A DNA stretch of 64,000 nucleotides from Dehalococcoidia bacterium (GTDB lineage Bacteria; Chloroflexota; Dehalococcoidia; Lucifugimonadales; UBA3495): assembly GCA_965220505.1 (NCBI GenBank), contig CBDCQE010000003.1, positions 198,024-262,023 on the forward strand. The letters run 5' to 3'. The notes below the pieces were generated by a model. It did no database searches. It saw only the letters and a program-made list of their open reading frames with translations, and was not told where the DNA came from. The position numbers and the translations under genes were made by a program. Positions 9,035-17,536 of the stretch are shown here, piece after piece. The stretch's first letter is position 1; the number at the start of each line of letters is the position of its first letter.

Positions 9035-9841
9035 TCAGTCGGCAGCCGCTGACGGGTACTCCGGCCGGCGGCGTTCCCGCAGGGCGGCCAGGCCCTCCTT
9101 CACGTCGTCGCCGAAGAAGCCCAGGGCCTCGGCCAGCAGGGAGTAGTCGAAAGAGGTGTGGCCGGCCTGACGGAGCCATTGGTTCAGGGCGCGCTTGGTG
9201 AAGCGGATGGCGGGCTGAGGTCCGTCGGCCAGGCGGCGGGCGACGCGCATGGCGGTTTCCATCAGCTCGTCCCGGGGCACGGCCATGCTGACCAGCCCGA
9301 TGCGCTCGGCCTCCTTGCCATCCAGGAAATCACAGGTGAGCAGGTAGTACTTGGCCTTGGCCATGCCGCAGAGCAGGGGCCAGATGATGGCGGCGTGGTC
9401 GCCGGCGGCGACGCCCAGGCGGATATGCCCGTCGGTGATGCGCGCGTCCTCGGCGGCGATGGAAATGTCGGCCATGAGGGCGACGGCCAGGCCCGCGCCC
9501 ACGGCCACGCCGTTGATGGCGGAGATGACCGGCTTGTCCAGGTTCAGGATGTTGTAGACGATGTCGCCGGCCTCTTTGGTATTCTGGGCGACGATGGTCG
9601 GGTTGTCGATGGCCTGCTCGATCATCTCGAAATCGCCGCCGGCCGAGAAAGCCTCGCCGGCGCCGGTAACCACGGCGACTCGTATCTCCGGGTCGGCGCC
9701 AATGTCCAACCAGATGCGGCTGAGCTCGTTATGCAGACGGAAGTTGGTGGAGTTAAGGGTCTCAGGACGGTTCATCGTGAGGGTGATGATGCCGTCGGAC
9801 TTTTCGATGAGCAGGTGCTGGTAGGAGGAGTAATCGGTCAT
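9035..9841 (-). CDS. enoyl-CoA hydratase/isomerase (crotonase) family protein
   Basis: [45 protein letters not shown] and [15 protein letters not shown] are crotonase-fold motifs. Start set at the ATG at 9841 (Met34 of the tracked ORF). Confidence 0.9.
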   Translation of the reverse strand: MTDYSSYQHLLIEKSDGIITLTMNRPETLNSTNFRLHNELSRIWLDIGADPEIRVAVVTGAGEAFSAGGDFEMIEQAIDNPTIVAQNTKEAGDIVYNILNLDKPVISAINGVAVGAGLAVALMADISIAAEDARITDGHIRLGVAAGDHAAIIWPLLCGMAKAKYYLLTCDFLDGKEAERIGLVSMAVPRDELMETAMRVARRLADGPQPAIRFTKRALNQWLRQAGHTSFDYSLLAEALGFFGDDVKEGLAALRERRRPEYPSAAAD

Positions 9842-9875
9842 TGCGAATATCTCACGGGCAGGTTGTCGAAAGATG

Positions 9876-10388
9876 TCATTCTCCGCTGTCAGTTTGCGTC
9901 GGCTCGAAATCGGGCGGCAGGTCAAATGTCGGACGCCCATCCGGACGGTGGCTGTGGGACAGAATGGCCATCATCAGTTGGTAGTGGTTGCGTTGCATCT
10001 GGAGCTGCATCTGCGTGACCGTGTTTTTCAACTCGTTGATAGAGGTTTGCAGAGCCTCCGTCTTTTCGTTGATAGAGGTTTGCAGAGCCTCCGTCTTTTC
10101 GTTGATAGAGGTTTGCAGAGCCTCCGTCTTTTCGTTGATAGAGGTTTGCAGAGCCTCCGTCTTTTCGTTGATAGAGGTTTGCAGAGCCTCCGTCTTTTCG
10201 TTGATAGAGGTTTGCAGAGCCTCCGTCTTCTCAGTCAGCGAAGTCCTGTTTCCGGCCACTTCTGAATCCAGCCTGCCTATGTCGCGCAAGATGCTTCCCA
10301 TGCGGTTCCATAGAGCCATCATCGCGCCGAGCATGAACAGAAGGACGGCACCGTAGATAATGGAGGGGATGAGTTCGGTTATCGGCAT
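9876..10388 (-). CDS. membrane-anchored protein with six tandem 11-residue repeats (KTEALQTSINE)
   Basis: N-terminal TM helix ITELIPSIIYGAVLLFMLGAMMALW, then a 6x hendecad repeat encoded by 33-bp tandem repeats. Lower GC (~48% in the repeat unit). Start could be 10388 or 10430. Confidence 0.65.
   Translation of the reverse strand: MPITELIPSIIYGAVLLFMLGAMMALWNRMGSILRDIGRLDSEVAGNRTSLTEKTEALQTSINEKTEALQTSINEKTEALQTSINEKTEALQTSINEKTEALQTSINEKTEALQTSINELKNTVTQMQLQMQRNHYQLMMAILSHSHRPDGRPTFDLPPDFEPTQTDSGE
10035..10232. repeat. 6 x 33-bp direct tandem repeat (gttgatagaggtttgcagagcctccgtcttttc)
   Basis: Read directly. Units start at 10035, 10068, 10101, 10134, 10167 and 10200. Five are identical and the last has one substitution (cttctc). 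There are no spacers, so this is not CRISPR. Confidence 0.95.
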
Positions 10389-10432
10389 TTTCGGTACCCT
10401 GCATTTACGAGTGATTACGAAGCGCCACAATG

Positions 10433-11635
10433 CTACCAGACGATTTGTGCCTCTTGCAGCGCGGTGAGTTCAGTTTCATCCATGCCCAGCAGGCCGCAGA
10501 AGACCTCGTGGTTGTGCTCGCCGAGGTCGGGCGTCCAGCGCAGCGGATCGGTGGGAGTCTCGGAGAAGCGCCAGGGTGGGGCCACGGCGCGCTGCTCGCC
10601 CTTCTCGGCATGAACGGTGGAGGGGAAGGCTTCGCGTTGGGCAAGGTGCGGGTCGGACATGAGCTGGTCCGCAGATAGCGACGGGAAAGCAGCGATGCCG
10701 GCGGATTGCAACAGGTCCGTCACCTCTTCGGCGGTGCGTGTGGCCGTCCATTCGGACACACGCTGCTCCAGGGTGTCCTGGTTATGCCAGCGCAGGAAGG
10801 CGTCGCCGTATTCGTCGGCATCCGCCCATGCGGGATTGTCCATGGCCCTTTTGAGCGAGCGCCATTGGTCGTCGTCCGCCACCGCGATGGTCACCCACTG
10901 GTCTTCGCCGAGGCAGGGGAACACGCCGTGGGGCACCATGGTGTCGTCCCGGTTGCCCAGGCGCGCGGTGTCCCGCTCGTTCATGGCGGTATCCATGAGG
11001 GTATGACCCATGAAGGCCGTGGCAATGTCCCGCACGGCGACGTCAGCGCGCTGACCTACCTGGTGGCTGCGGTGAGCGCACAGCGCGGCGACCGCCGAGA
11101 AGGCCGCCATCATGCCGCCGGTGTGGTCCATGGCATGGCGCAGCTCCACCGGCGGCCCATCGGGATAGCCGGTGAGGTAGCCAAGGCCCCCCAGCGCGGC
11201 GAACATCGGCGCGTAGCCAGCGTAACGGGCCTCGGGGCCGGTCTGCCCGTTGGAAGACAGGGACACCATGATGATGTCGGGCTTGATCTCACGCAGCTGG
11301 GGATACCCCAGGCCCAGGCGGTCCATGACGCCGGGCCGGAAGTTCTCCAGCACCACGTCGGATATACGCACCAGGTCGTAGGCCAGCTCCAGAGCACGCG
11401 CCTCCTTGAGGTTGAGGGTGACGGACCGCTTGCTGGCGTTGACCTGCTCAAAGGACGACGGGGGTTTGCCGTACATGGCATGGGGCCGGCGCGTAATGTC
11501 CAGGCGCGCCGCCGATTCGACCTTGATTACGTCGGCGCCCAGAGAGGCCAGGATCATGCCGGCGAAGGGTCCGGCGGCGTGCACGGAGAAATCGGCGACG
11601 CGCACGCCGGAGAGGGGAGCGGATGAGTTGGTCAT
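10433..11635 (-). CDS. CoA-transferase family III (CaiB/BaiF-like)
   Basis: MTNSSAPLSGVRVADFSVHAAGPFAGMILASLGADVIKVE N-terminus and PDLGEHNHEVFCGLLG C-terminus are typical of family III CoA-transferases. Start set at the ATG at 11635. Confidence 0.9.
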   Translation of the reverse strand: MTNSSAPLSGVRVADFSVHAAGPFAGMILASLGADVIKVESAARLDITRRPHAMYGKPPSSFEQVNASKRSVTLNLKEARALELAYDLVRISDVVLENFRPGVMDRLGLGYPQLREIKPDIIMVSLSSNGQTGPEARYAGYAPMFAALGGLGYLTGYPDGPPVELRHAMDHTGGMMAAFSAVAALCAHRSHQVGQRADVAVRDIATAFMGHTLMDTAMNERDTARLGNRDDTMVPHGVFPCLGEDQWVTIAVADDDQWRSLKRAMDNPAWADADEYGDAFLRWHNQDTLEQRVSEWTATRTAEEVTDLLQSAGIAAFPSLSADQLMSDPHLAQREAFPSTVHAEKGEQRAVAPPWRFSETPTDPLRWTPDLGEHNHEVFCGLLGMDETELTALQEAQIVW

Positions 11636-11741
11636 GTTCACCGCCTGTTGGCTACGCGGCCGCTGAGCCGTTCTGGTATTTCCATCCCTAGCTCCACCCG
11701 GCGACGCCAACAAAGACGCCGCCGGGAAATCCCGCCTGCGG

Positions 11742-12560
11742 CTAGTAGTACACGGCGTTGCCGGTGCCCCCGCCGGCCGCGATCAGCTCGCCGGTGATGG
11801 CCCAGGCCTTGTCGGAGGCGAGGAAGGCGGTCAGGTAACCGATTTCTGAGGCGTCGACCATGCGGCAGATGTGGTTGCCGCGCGCCGAGCCGGGGGAGAA
11901 GTCCTGCGCTTCGGCCTCCTCCGGGGACACGCCCAACTGCTCGGCGCGGGCGGCCAGGAGGCTGGGCGTGCGCTCGGTGCGCGTGGTACCCGGATGGATG
12001 CAGTTCACGGTGATGCCGAACTGGCCCAACTGCGCGGCCAGGGTCTTGGTCATGTGCACCAGCGAGGTGTTGCGCGCGCCGCCGCTGAGGTTGCCGGCGT
12101 TGCGGGCGTTGAGTCCGCTGATGTTGATGATGCGCCCGTAGCCCTGGGCCTTGAGCAGAGGGATGGCGGCCCGGGAGCAGCGCAGGGCTCCGACGAACTT
12201 CACGTCGAAGTCGCTGATTAGGTCCTCGTCGATGAGGTCCTCGATGGGTCCGGTGGCCGACGGCGAGCCGCCGGGAAGGGACGCGCTGTTGACCAGGATG
12301 TGTAGCCCGCCCAGCGCGTCGGCCGCCTCGTTGATGACCCGATCCACCTGCTCGCGGTTGGTTGCATCGAACGACATGGGGATGGCGCGGCGTCCGGTGG
12401 TCTCGGCGATCTCGGCGGCGGTCGCCTCCAGATCGGGCATGGAGCGCGAGCCGACCACCACGTCGGCGCCCTCGCGGGCCAGTTCCAGCGCAATCGCCTT
12501 GCCGATGCCGCGGCTGGCGCCGCCCACAAATGCCAGTTTGCCTTCTAGTCCAAAATCCAT
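11742..12560 (-). CDS. short-chain dehydrogenase/reductase (SDR)
   Basis: KLAFVGGASRGIGKAIALELAREGADVVVGSR Rossmann motif (TGxxxGxG-like) with an SDR-length ORF. Confidence 0.9.
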   Translation of the reverse strand: MDFGLEGKLAFVGGASRGIGKAIALELAREGADVVVGSRSMPDLEATAAEIAETTGRRAIPMSFDATNREQVDRVINEAADALGGLHILVNSASLPGGSPSATGPIEDLIDEDLISDFDVKFVGALRCSRAAIPLLKAQGYGRIINISGLNARNAGNLSGGARNTSLVHMTKTLAAQLGQFGITVNCIHPGTTRTERTPSLLAARAEQLGVSPEEAEAQDFSPGSARGNHICRMVDASEIGYLTAFLASDKAWAITGELIAAGGGTGNAVYY

Positions 12561-12807
12561 GAGGAATAGCCTCCGTTAGGATGTGCGATGCGAACGCGCC
12601 GGAAGGGGCGGGCTCGCTGGAATAGGGGGATTATACAAGGCAAAATCCCGCTGCATGAAGGCATAACAGGGCCCGGCAGCCTCGCACTTGGGGCTCCCGA
12701 CGGTTGCCCCTGAGGTCAGAAGCACGACCGCATGGCCTGTCGTTCCCGATGCCGCTACTGTCGGCGAAGAATTTTGCTTGGTAGACGTTACGGATGGATT
12801 TATCGAT

Positions 12808-12813
12808 TATAAT
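12808..12813 (+). promoter_or_regulatory. candidate -10 box (TATAAT) upstream of the putative retron ncRNA
   Basis: A perfect TATAAT lies 8 nt upstream of the left inverted-repeat arm (12822). No convincing -35 at 17-bp spacing. Confidence 0.35.
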
Positions 12814-12821
12814 GCATTATT

Positions 12822-12984
12822 GAGTTGCCCACGGTAGATTAATCATTGCCGCTGATCCAGCGGTGACCTCTTCCAAGGTTCGCTTTAGCTCGCTATCGCA
12901 ATCCCAGGTTGTTGTAGTTAGTCTGTCTCGTGTCGCATGGTCAATGTGGCGGCGAGGAATGTGAAAATCGACCGTGGGCATCTC
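12822..12984 (+). ncRNA. candidate retron msr-msd non-coding RNA region bounded by a1/a2-like inverted repeats
   Basis: Left arm gagttgcccacggtagatt (12822-12840) is the reverse complement of right arm aatcgaccgtgggcatctc (12966-12984) at 17/19 positions, with a perfect 10-bp core tgcccacggt/accgtgggca. The right arm ends 20 nt before the RT start codon. There is an internal hairpin ccgctg-atc-cagcgg at 12849-12863. No experimental or covariance support. Confidence 0.35.
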
Positions 12985-13004
12985 GTGATTTTGGAGGGGA
13001 GACT

Positions 13005-14573
13005 GTGGACCTGACTTTGACACGAAACCCCAGCGATTATCAGGAACTGTTTCGGAACTTAGGCCATCCGAAAGACGTTGCCGATTTGCTCGAGGTTCCA
13101 TACCAAACTCTCAATTACTGGATTTACGCTACAAATGAGGATAAGAGATATACCACGTTCCACATTCCCAAAAAAACAGGTGGTCACCGCCAAATTGACG
13201 TGCCTAACGACAACATCAATATTCTGCAACAGAAGTTGAACACAGTTCTGCAGTCAGTTTACCGAGTTCGACCTAGTGCACATGGATTTGTCACTGGCAG
13301 GAGTGTCAAATCCAATGCTCAGCAACACATTCAAAAATTTTGGGTATTTAACTTAGACCTCGACAATTTCTTTCACACAATACATTTTGGTCGAGTCCGG
13401 GGCATGTTCATGGCCAACCCGTACAACCTTCCAGAACGAGTGGCGACTGTACTGGCTCATTTGTGCTGCCACCAAGGCCGCTTGGCTCAAGGTGCCCCGA
13501 CGTCACCTGTTGTTAGCAACATGATCTGCGCCAAGATGGATAGCCAACTCCAGCGCTTAGCCCACGATACCAGATCATGGTACACCCGCTACGCGGATGA
13601 CATCACGTTTTCCACCAGACGTAAAAGGTTTCCTACGGATTTGGCATCGCTGAACGAACTCGGTCAAGTGCAGATCGGCCATCGTTTGGTTGAGCTAATC
13701 GAACAGAACGGTTTCATGGTCAATAGAGACAAAGTTCGATTGCGGGGGCAACATCAACGCCAAGAGGTGACCGGGGTTACGGTAAACGACATCACGAATG
13801 TCCCTAAGCGCTTTGCGAACCAAATCCGGGCCATGCTGTACGCGTGGAAACGATTCGGCTTGGAAGCCGCTCAGCGAGATTGGGAAGAAAAATATGACCA
13901 TAAGAACAGAGGCCCGGGGCATTCTGCTCCTCGCTTCGAGCTCGTTTTGAAAGGAAAGATCGAATACTTGGGAATGATCAAAGGGCATGAGGCACCAACG
14001 TATCTCAAGTTCATGGACCAACTGGGCGACTTGGATTCTCGCCTTGCTCATGGACGTGGGACTCCGCTACATTTGCTTCTACGAAAATACCGTGAACTTG
14101 AAGCCGACTCATCACACCGACAGGGCAGAGGATATCAATTTGAAGACGTTATGAACGAACTGTTCACGCTATGCGGAGTAGCAGTATCAAAAAGTTTTAC
14201 AAGGAACGACGGCGGCGAACAGATCGATGGCGCTTTCGAGCTAGACGGATCATATTATTTGGTAGAGTGCAAATGGCGCGAAGCTTTGACACGCCAAGCC
14301 GAGGTCGACGCGTTTTCAGGTAAGATAGGGAGATCGGGGGATCATACTGGCGGTTTGTTTATATCAGTGAACGGATGGACCGATCACGTGCTAGGGCTAA
14401 CCAAACAAAACAGAGACAAAAGCGTGTTTTTCATGGACGGACTTGACGTATCCACGGTCCTTTCGGGAGAACTAGATTTCATTGATCTTCTTAGGGAGAA
14501 AATCAACGCACTCAACATTAAAGCAGAGCCTTTCGTTAGTGCGAAGTCGATCATTGGTAGCCGGCAAGACTAA
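13005..14573 (+). CDS. retron-type reverse transcriptase fused to C-terminal Mrr-like PD-(D/E)xK nuclease domain
   Basis: RT motifs:
- HGFVTGRSVKSNAQQH (NAxxH at 13314-13328)
- FNLDLDNFFHTI
- LAQGAPTSPVVSNMICAKMD
- YTRYADDITFS (YADD at 13590-13601)
- QEVTGVTV (VTG at 13767-13775)
These are collinear with Ec86-type retron RTs.
The C-terminal ~170 aa contains GYQFEDVMNELF...GEQIDGAFELDGSYYLVECKW...GGLFISVNGWT (D at 14226, E-x-K at 14265-14273).
Start chosen as the GTG at 13005, after GGAGGGGAG (12993-13001). The tracked ORF starts at 12930. Confidence 0.88.
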   Translation: MDLTLTRNPSDYQELFRNLGHPKDVADLLEVPYQTLNYWIYATNEDKRYTTFHIPKKTGGHRQIDVPNDNINILQQKLNTVLQSVYRVRPSAHGFVTGRSVKSNAQQHIQKFWVFNLDLDNFFHTIHFGRVRGMFMANPYNLPERVATVLAHLCCHQGRLAQGAPTSPVVSNMICAKMDSQLQRLAHDTRSWYTRYADDITFSTRRKRFPTDLASLNELGQVQIGHRLVELIEQNGFMVNRDKVRLRGQHQRQEVTGVTVNDITNVPKRFANQIRAMLYAWKRFGLEAAQRDWEEKYDHKNRGPGHSAPRFELVLKGKIEYLGMIKGHEAPTYLKFMDQLGDLDSRLAHGRGTPLHLLLRKYRELEADSSHRQGRGYQFEDVMNELFTLCGVAVSKSFTRNDGGEQIDGAFELDGSYYLVECKWREALTRQAEVDAFSGKIGRSGDHTGGLFISVNGWTDHVLGLTKQNRDKSVFFMDGLDVSTVLSGELDFIDLLREKINALNIKAEPFVSAKSIIGSRQD

Positions 14574-14621
14574 CGGTGGATCAACTACTTGCCAGTTCGT
14601 AGCGCCCTCACTGAAAACTGC

Positions 14622-14638
14622 GGACTATCTTATAGTCC
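14622..14638 (+). terminator. weak hairpin downstream of the RT gene (ggactat-ctt-atagtcc)
   Basis: 7-bp perfect stem with a 3-nt loop, followed by tatatt, 49 nt after the RT stop. AT-rich stem and no strong U-tract. Confidence 0.35.
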
Positions 14639-14710
14639 TATATTGCTAACTGGCTAACGGCAGGCGGCTGGGGTATTTTCCATTTCTGCTCCCGTTGACA
14701 ACAAACGCCA

Positions 14711-15060
14711 CTATATCGCTCCCGCCAGTCTCAGCGCCGCCAGCTCCCTCGCCGCATACCCCAGCAGCCCGCAGTACACCTCCGCGTTGTGCTTGCCCTG
14801 CATGGTCTCATTCCGCTCCGCCTATCCCGGATGGCCCCGAGCATAACTTCTGCCTTCGTCAGGCGGGGTTTCGGGCCAAATTCCTGACCCCCGTTCGACC
14901 TGGCCGACGACCGATTTCGCCGGGAAAATGCGTCGTCTCCCTTGGGCCTCCCGCTCGAAGGCGACGTTCGAGTTCATTACTCCCTGCCGTCCCCGCCAAA
15001 ATTTCTCCTGACAGCGCGGCGAAAGGGTCAGGTACCGACGACGCCCTTTGATCCAGTCTG
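14711..15060 (-). pseudogene. degenerate fragment of a family III CoA-transferase (C-terminal end only)
   Basis: The minus-strand translation ends ...MQGKHNAEVYCGLLGYAARELAALRLAGAI* (stop at 14711-14713), closely paralleling the C-terminus LGEHNHEVFCGLLGMDETELTALQ of the intact gene at 10433-11635. Upstream pieces (VVGQVERGSGIWPETPPD) are in another frame and interrupted by stops. Confidence 0.5.
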
Positions 15061-15071
15061 CCGGCTACCTC

Positions 15072-15884
15072 TCACAAACACCGCTCCGCCTCGGAACGGA
15101 TGTAGTCCCGGAACTGCTGGGGCAGCCCGGCAGCCTCGGCGGCCTGCGCGTTTTCCTGAATGCGCTCCGGGCGGGAGGTGGTGGGTATGGCCGAACTCAC
15201 GCGTTGGTCGGAAATTACCCAGGCCAGCAGGGCCTGGGCCCAGGTGCTGATGCCGTAGTCCCGCAGCGGCGTGAGGTCCGGCTGATGTTTCAGGTCCAGG
15301 ACGTAGCGGCCCTTCTGCAACGGCTCCATCACCAGGATGCCGGTGCCCAGTTCCTCGGCCAGGGGCAGCAGTTCGTCCTCAACGTCCCGGTTCATCACGT
15401 TATAGGGGATCTGGACCGTGTCCACTCGACCCTGGCGCATCAGGTCCATGATGGTGGGGTAGGCATCAGGCACCATGGCAGACACCCCCAGCATGCCGAT
15501 CCTGCCCTCTCCCTTGAGCCGCTCCAGAGTGGGGAGGTGAGTCTGCCAGTCGATCATGTTGTGGACTTGGAATAGATCGATGTAGTCGGTATGCAACAGT
15601 TCGAAGGAACGGGCGATTTGGGCTTCGCCAGCCTCCTTGCCCTCGGTGAGCACCTTGGTGGCAATATAGAACCGGTCGCGGCGGTCCTCAGTGATCTCGC
15701 CCAGGACCTGCTCCGCGTTGCCGTACCAGGCGGCGGTGTCGATCAGGTTCACGTCGCTGTCCAGGCAGTTGTCCACGATCTGCCTTCGGACGGCGATCTC
15801 ATCCTGGTCGGCAACATCGAAGGTTCGTAATGTGCCCAGGCCGATGACTGAAACGTCCAGGTTGCCAAGTTTGCGGAATTCCAT
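15072..15884 (-). CDS. aldo/keto reductase
   Basis: MEFRKLGNLDVSVIGLGTLRTF..., IDTAAWYGNAEQVLG and LHTDYIDLFQVHN are AKR motifs. Start set at the ATG at 15884; the upstream extension of the tracked ORF looks non-coding. Confidence 0.85.
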   Translation of the reverse strand: MEFRKLGNLDVSVIGLGTLRTFDVADQDEIAVRRQIVDNCLDSDVNLIDTAAWYGNAEQVLGEITEDRRDRFYIATKVLTEGKEAGEAQIARSFELLHTDYIDLFQVHNMIDWQTHLPTLERLKGEGRIGMLGVSAMVPDAYPTIMDLMRQGRVDTVQIPYNVMNRDVEDELLPLAEELGTGILVMEPLQKGRYVLDLKHQPDLTPLRDYGISTWAQALLAWVISDQRVSSAIPTTSRPERIQENAQAAEAAGLPQQFRDYIRSEAERCL

Positions 15885-16168
15885 CTTTGTTGACCTCGCC
15901 CAGGTGTCTAATGCAATCATGTACACAGGGGATGCGCGGGATTTATCCCCAGCGGTTGTACCACTTACCACGCCAGCCCGACCAGTCCCGAGCATGGCCC
16001 ATGTCCCAGCATCAGCCCTGGATCGGTTCCCGTCCACATTGATGGAAAGCGAATACGCGTGAGACGTGCCCGGCTCTGGACGGCCACGCGCCAGCGGAGT
16101 ATCTTGCGGCTTGGTACTCCCGGGCTGAGGTTTCAGCAACATGACCCAGAGAACGACGAGGTTGAACC

Positions 16169-17524
16169 ATGCCTGAACTCCACGAGCTTTCGGTGGTGGA
16201 AGCCGCCGCGCAGATTCGCGAAGGAACCCTGTCGCCGGTGGCGCTGGTAGAGTCGTTGCTGGCACGCATTGACGCGCTGGACGGCGACCTGCGGGCGTGG
16301 GTCACAATTGACCGGGAAGCGGTGCTCTCGGCGGCCCGGCAGCGGGAGGCTGAGGTCCAGCGGGGTGACCCGCTCGGACTGATCCACGGCGTTCCTGTCG
16401 GCTTGAAGGACATCTTCTTCACCGAGGGCATGCTCACTGCCTGCGGATCGAAGGTGTACTCCGACTTCGTGCCCGATTTTGACGCTACCTCGGTGGCCAA
16501 CATCAAGGCGGCCGGCGGGATCATCCTGGGCAAGGCGGTCACCACCGAATTTGCCTCCTCCGACCCCTCACCGACGCGCAACCCGTGGAACCTGGAGCAC
16601 ACGCCCGGCGGTTCCAGCAGCGGATCATCTGCGGCGGTGGCGGCGCGGATGGTTCCGGCCGCTCTCGGCTCGCAGACCGGCGGGTCTACCTGCCGGCCGG
16701 CCGCGTACAACGGCATCGTGGGCGTGAAGCCCACCTACGGGCGCATCTCACGGTACGGGGTGGCCCCGTTAAGCTGGTCGCTGGACCACGTGGGCATCCT
16801 GACCCGAACCGTGGCCGACGCCTCCTTGATGCTGACCGTACTCAGCGGCGCGGACGACAACGACCCCGGCAGCCTGCGCGAACCCGTGCCCGACTTCGCC
16901 GCGCAGATGGCCGAGCATGATCGGCCCCCGCGCATCGGGCTGGTGCGGCAGTACTTCCAGGATTATGCCACGCCGGAAATGTGGTCGCACACGGAGGAAA
17001 TCGCGAACCGGCTGGCGGAGGCCGGGGCCGAGGTTGAGGAAATCCCGTTGCCCGACAGCTTCGCCGTAATCCACAGCGCCCAGCGTGTCGTGTCAAACGT
17101 CGAGTGCGCGGCAATCCACGGGGCCAATCACCGCACCCGCGCCGGCGACTACGGCCCGCGCATCCGGGCCGGCATGGAGATGGGCATGATCATGCCCACG
17201 CCGGCCTACCTGAAGGCCCAGCGGCTGCGACGGCAATTCCGTGCCGACCTGAGCGAGATGGCTGCAAAGGTTGACGTGGTGATGACGCCGGCCATGCCGG
17301 CGCCGGCTCCCCGGGATCTGAACACCACCGGCGATGCGGCGTTCCAGGCGCCGTGGTCGGCAGCAGGGTTGCCCACGGTGGTGGTCTCGACGGGCTTGAG
17401 CGAACTGGGCATGCCTATGGCGGTGCAGTTCGGCGGGCCGTGGGCCCAGGAGGGCAGGGTGCTGGGCGCCGCGCAGTGGTGCGAGCGGATTGCCGGGTTG
17501 AACCAGGCGCCGCCCATCGGTTGA
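16169..17524 (+). CDS. amidase (amidase-signature family, GatA-like)
   Basis: GVPVGLKDIFFTEG and the GGSSSGSSAAVAA amidase-signature Ser/Gly-rich stretch. Confidence 0.9.
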   Translation: MPELHELSVVEAAAQIREGTLSPVALVESLLARIDALDGDLRAWVTIDREAVLSAARQREAEVQRGDPLGLIHGVPVGLKDIFFTEGMLTACGSKVYSDFVPDFDATSVANIKAAGGIILGKAVTTEFASSDPSPTRNPWNLEHTPGGSSSGSSAAVAARMVPAALGSQTGGSTCRPAAYNGIVGVKPTYGRISRYGVAPLSWSLDHVGILTRTVADASLMLTVLSGADDNDPGSLREPVPDFAAQMAEHDRPPRIGLVRQYFQDYATPEMWSHTEEIANRLAEAGAEVEEIPLPDSFAVIHSAQRVVSNVECAAIHGANHRTRAGDYGPRIRAGMEMGMIMPTPAYLKAQRLRRQFRADLSEMAAKVDVVMTPAMPAPAPRDLNTTGDAAFQAPWSAAGLPTVVVSTGLSELGMPMAVQFGGPWAQEGRVLGAAQWCERIAGLNQAPPIG

Positions 17525-17536
17525 CATCATGTCACG

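Noticed and set aside
10035-10232. 33-bp repeats considered as a possible CRISPR array.
   Set aside because: The units are directly adjacent with no spacers, lie inside a coherent ORF and encode an 11-aa protein repeat. No cas genes are nearby.
12714-12723. gtcagaagca matching the terminus of the 110-bp MITE-like repeat just upstream of the RT islet.
   Set aside because: Only a 10-nt match with no continuation of the repeat. Likely chance.
12788-12798. ttacggatgga (12788) versus taacggtggat (14571), considered as possible direct repeats flanking the RT cassette.
   Set aside because: Only ~9 matching nt and an indel is needed. This is too weak to call a target-site duplication or att site.
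14695-15051. 118-aa Pro/Arg/Ser-rich plus-strand ORF downstream of the RT, considered as a possible retron accessory gene.
   Set aside because: The composition is non-protein-like. The opposite strand carries recognisable (decayed) CoA-transferase sequence, and GC returns to host level here, so it is outside the AT-rich cassette.
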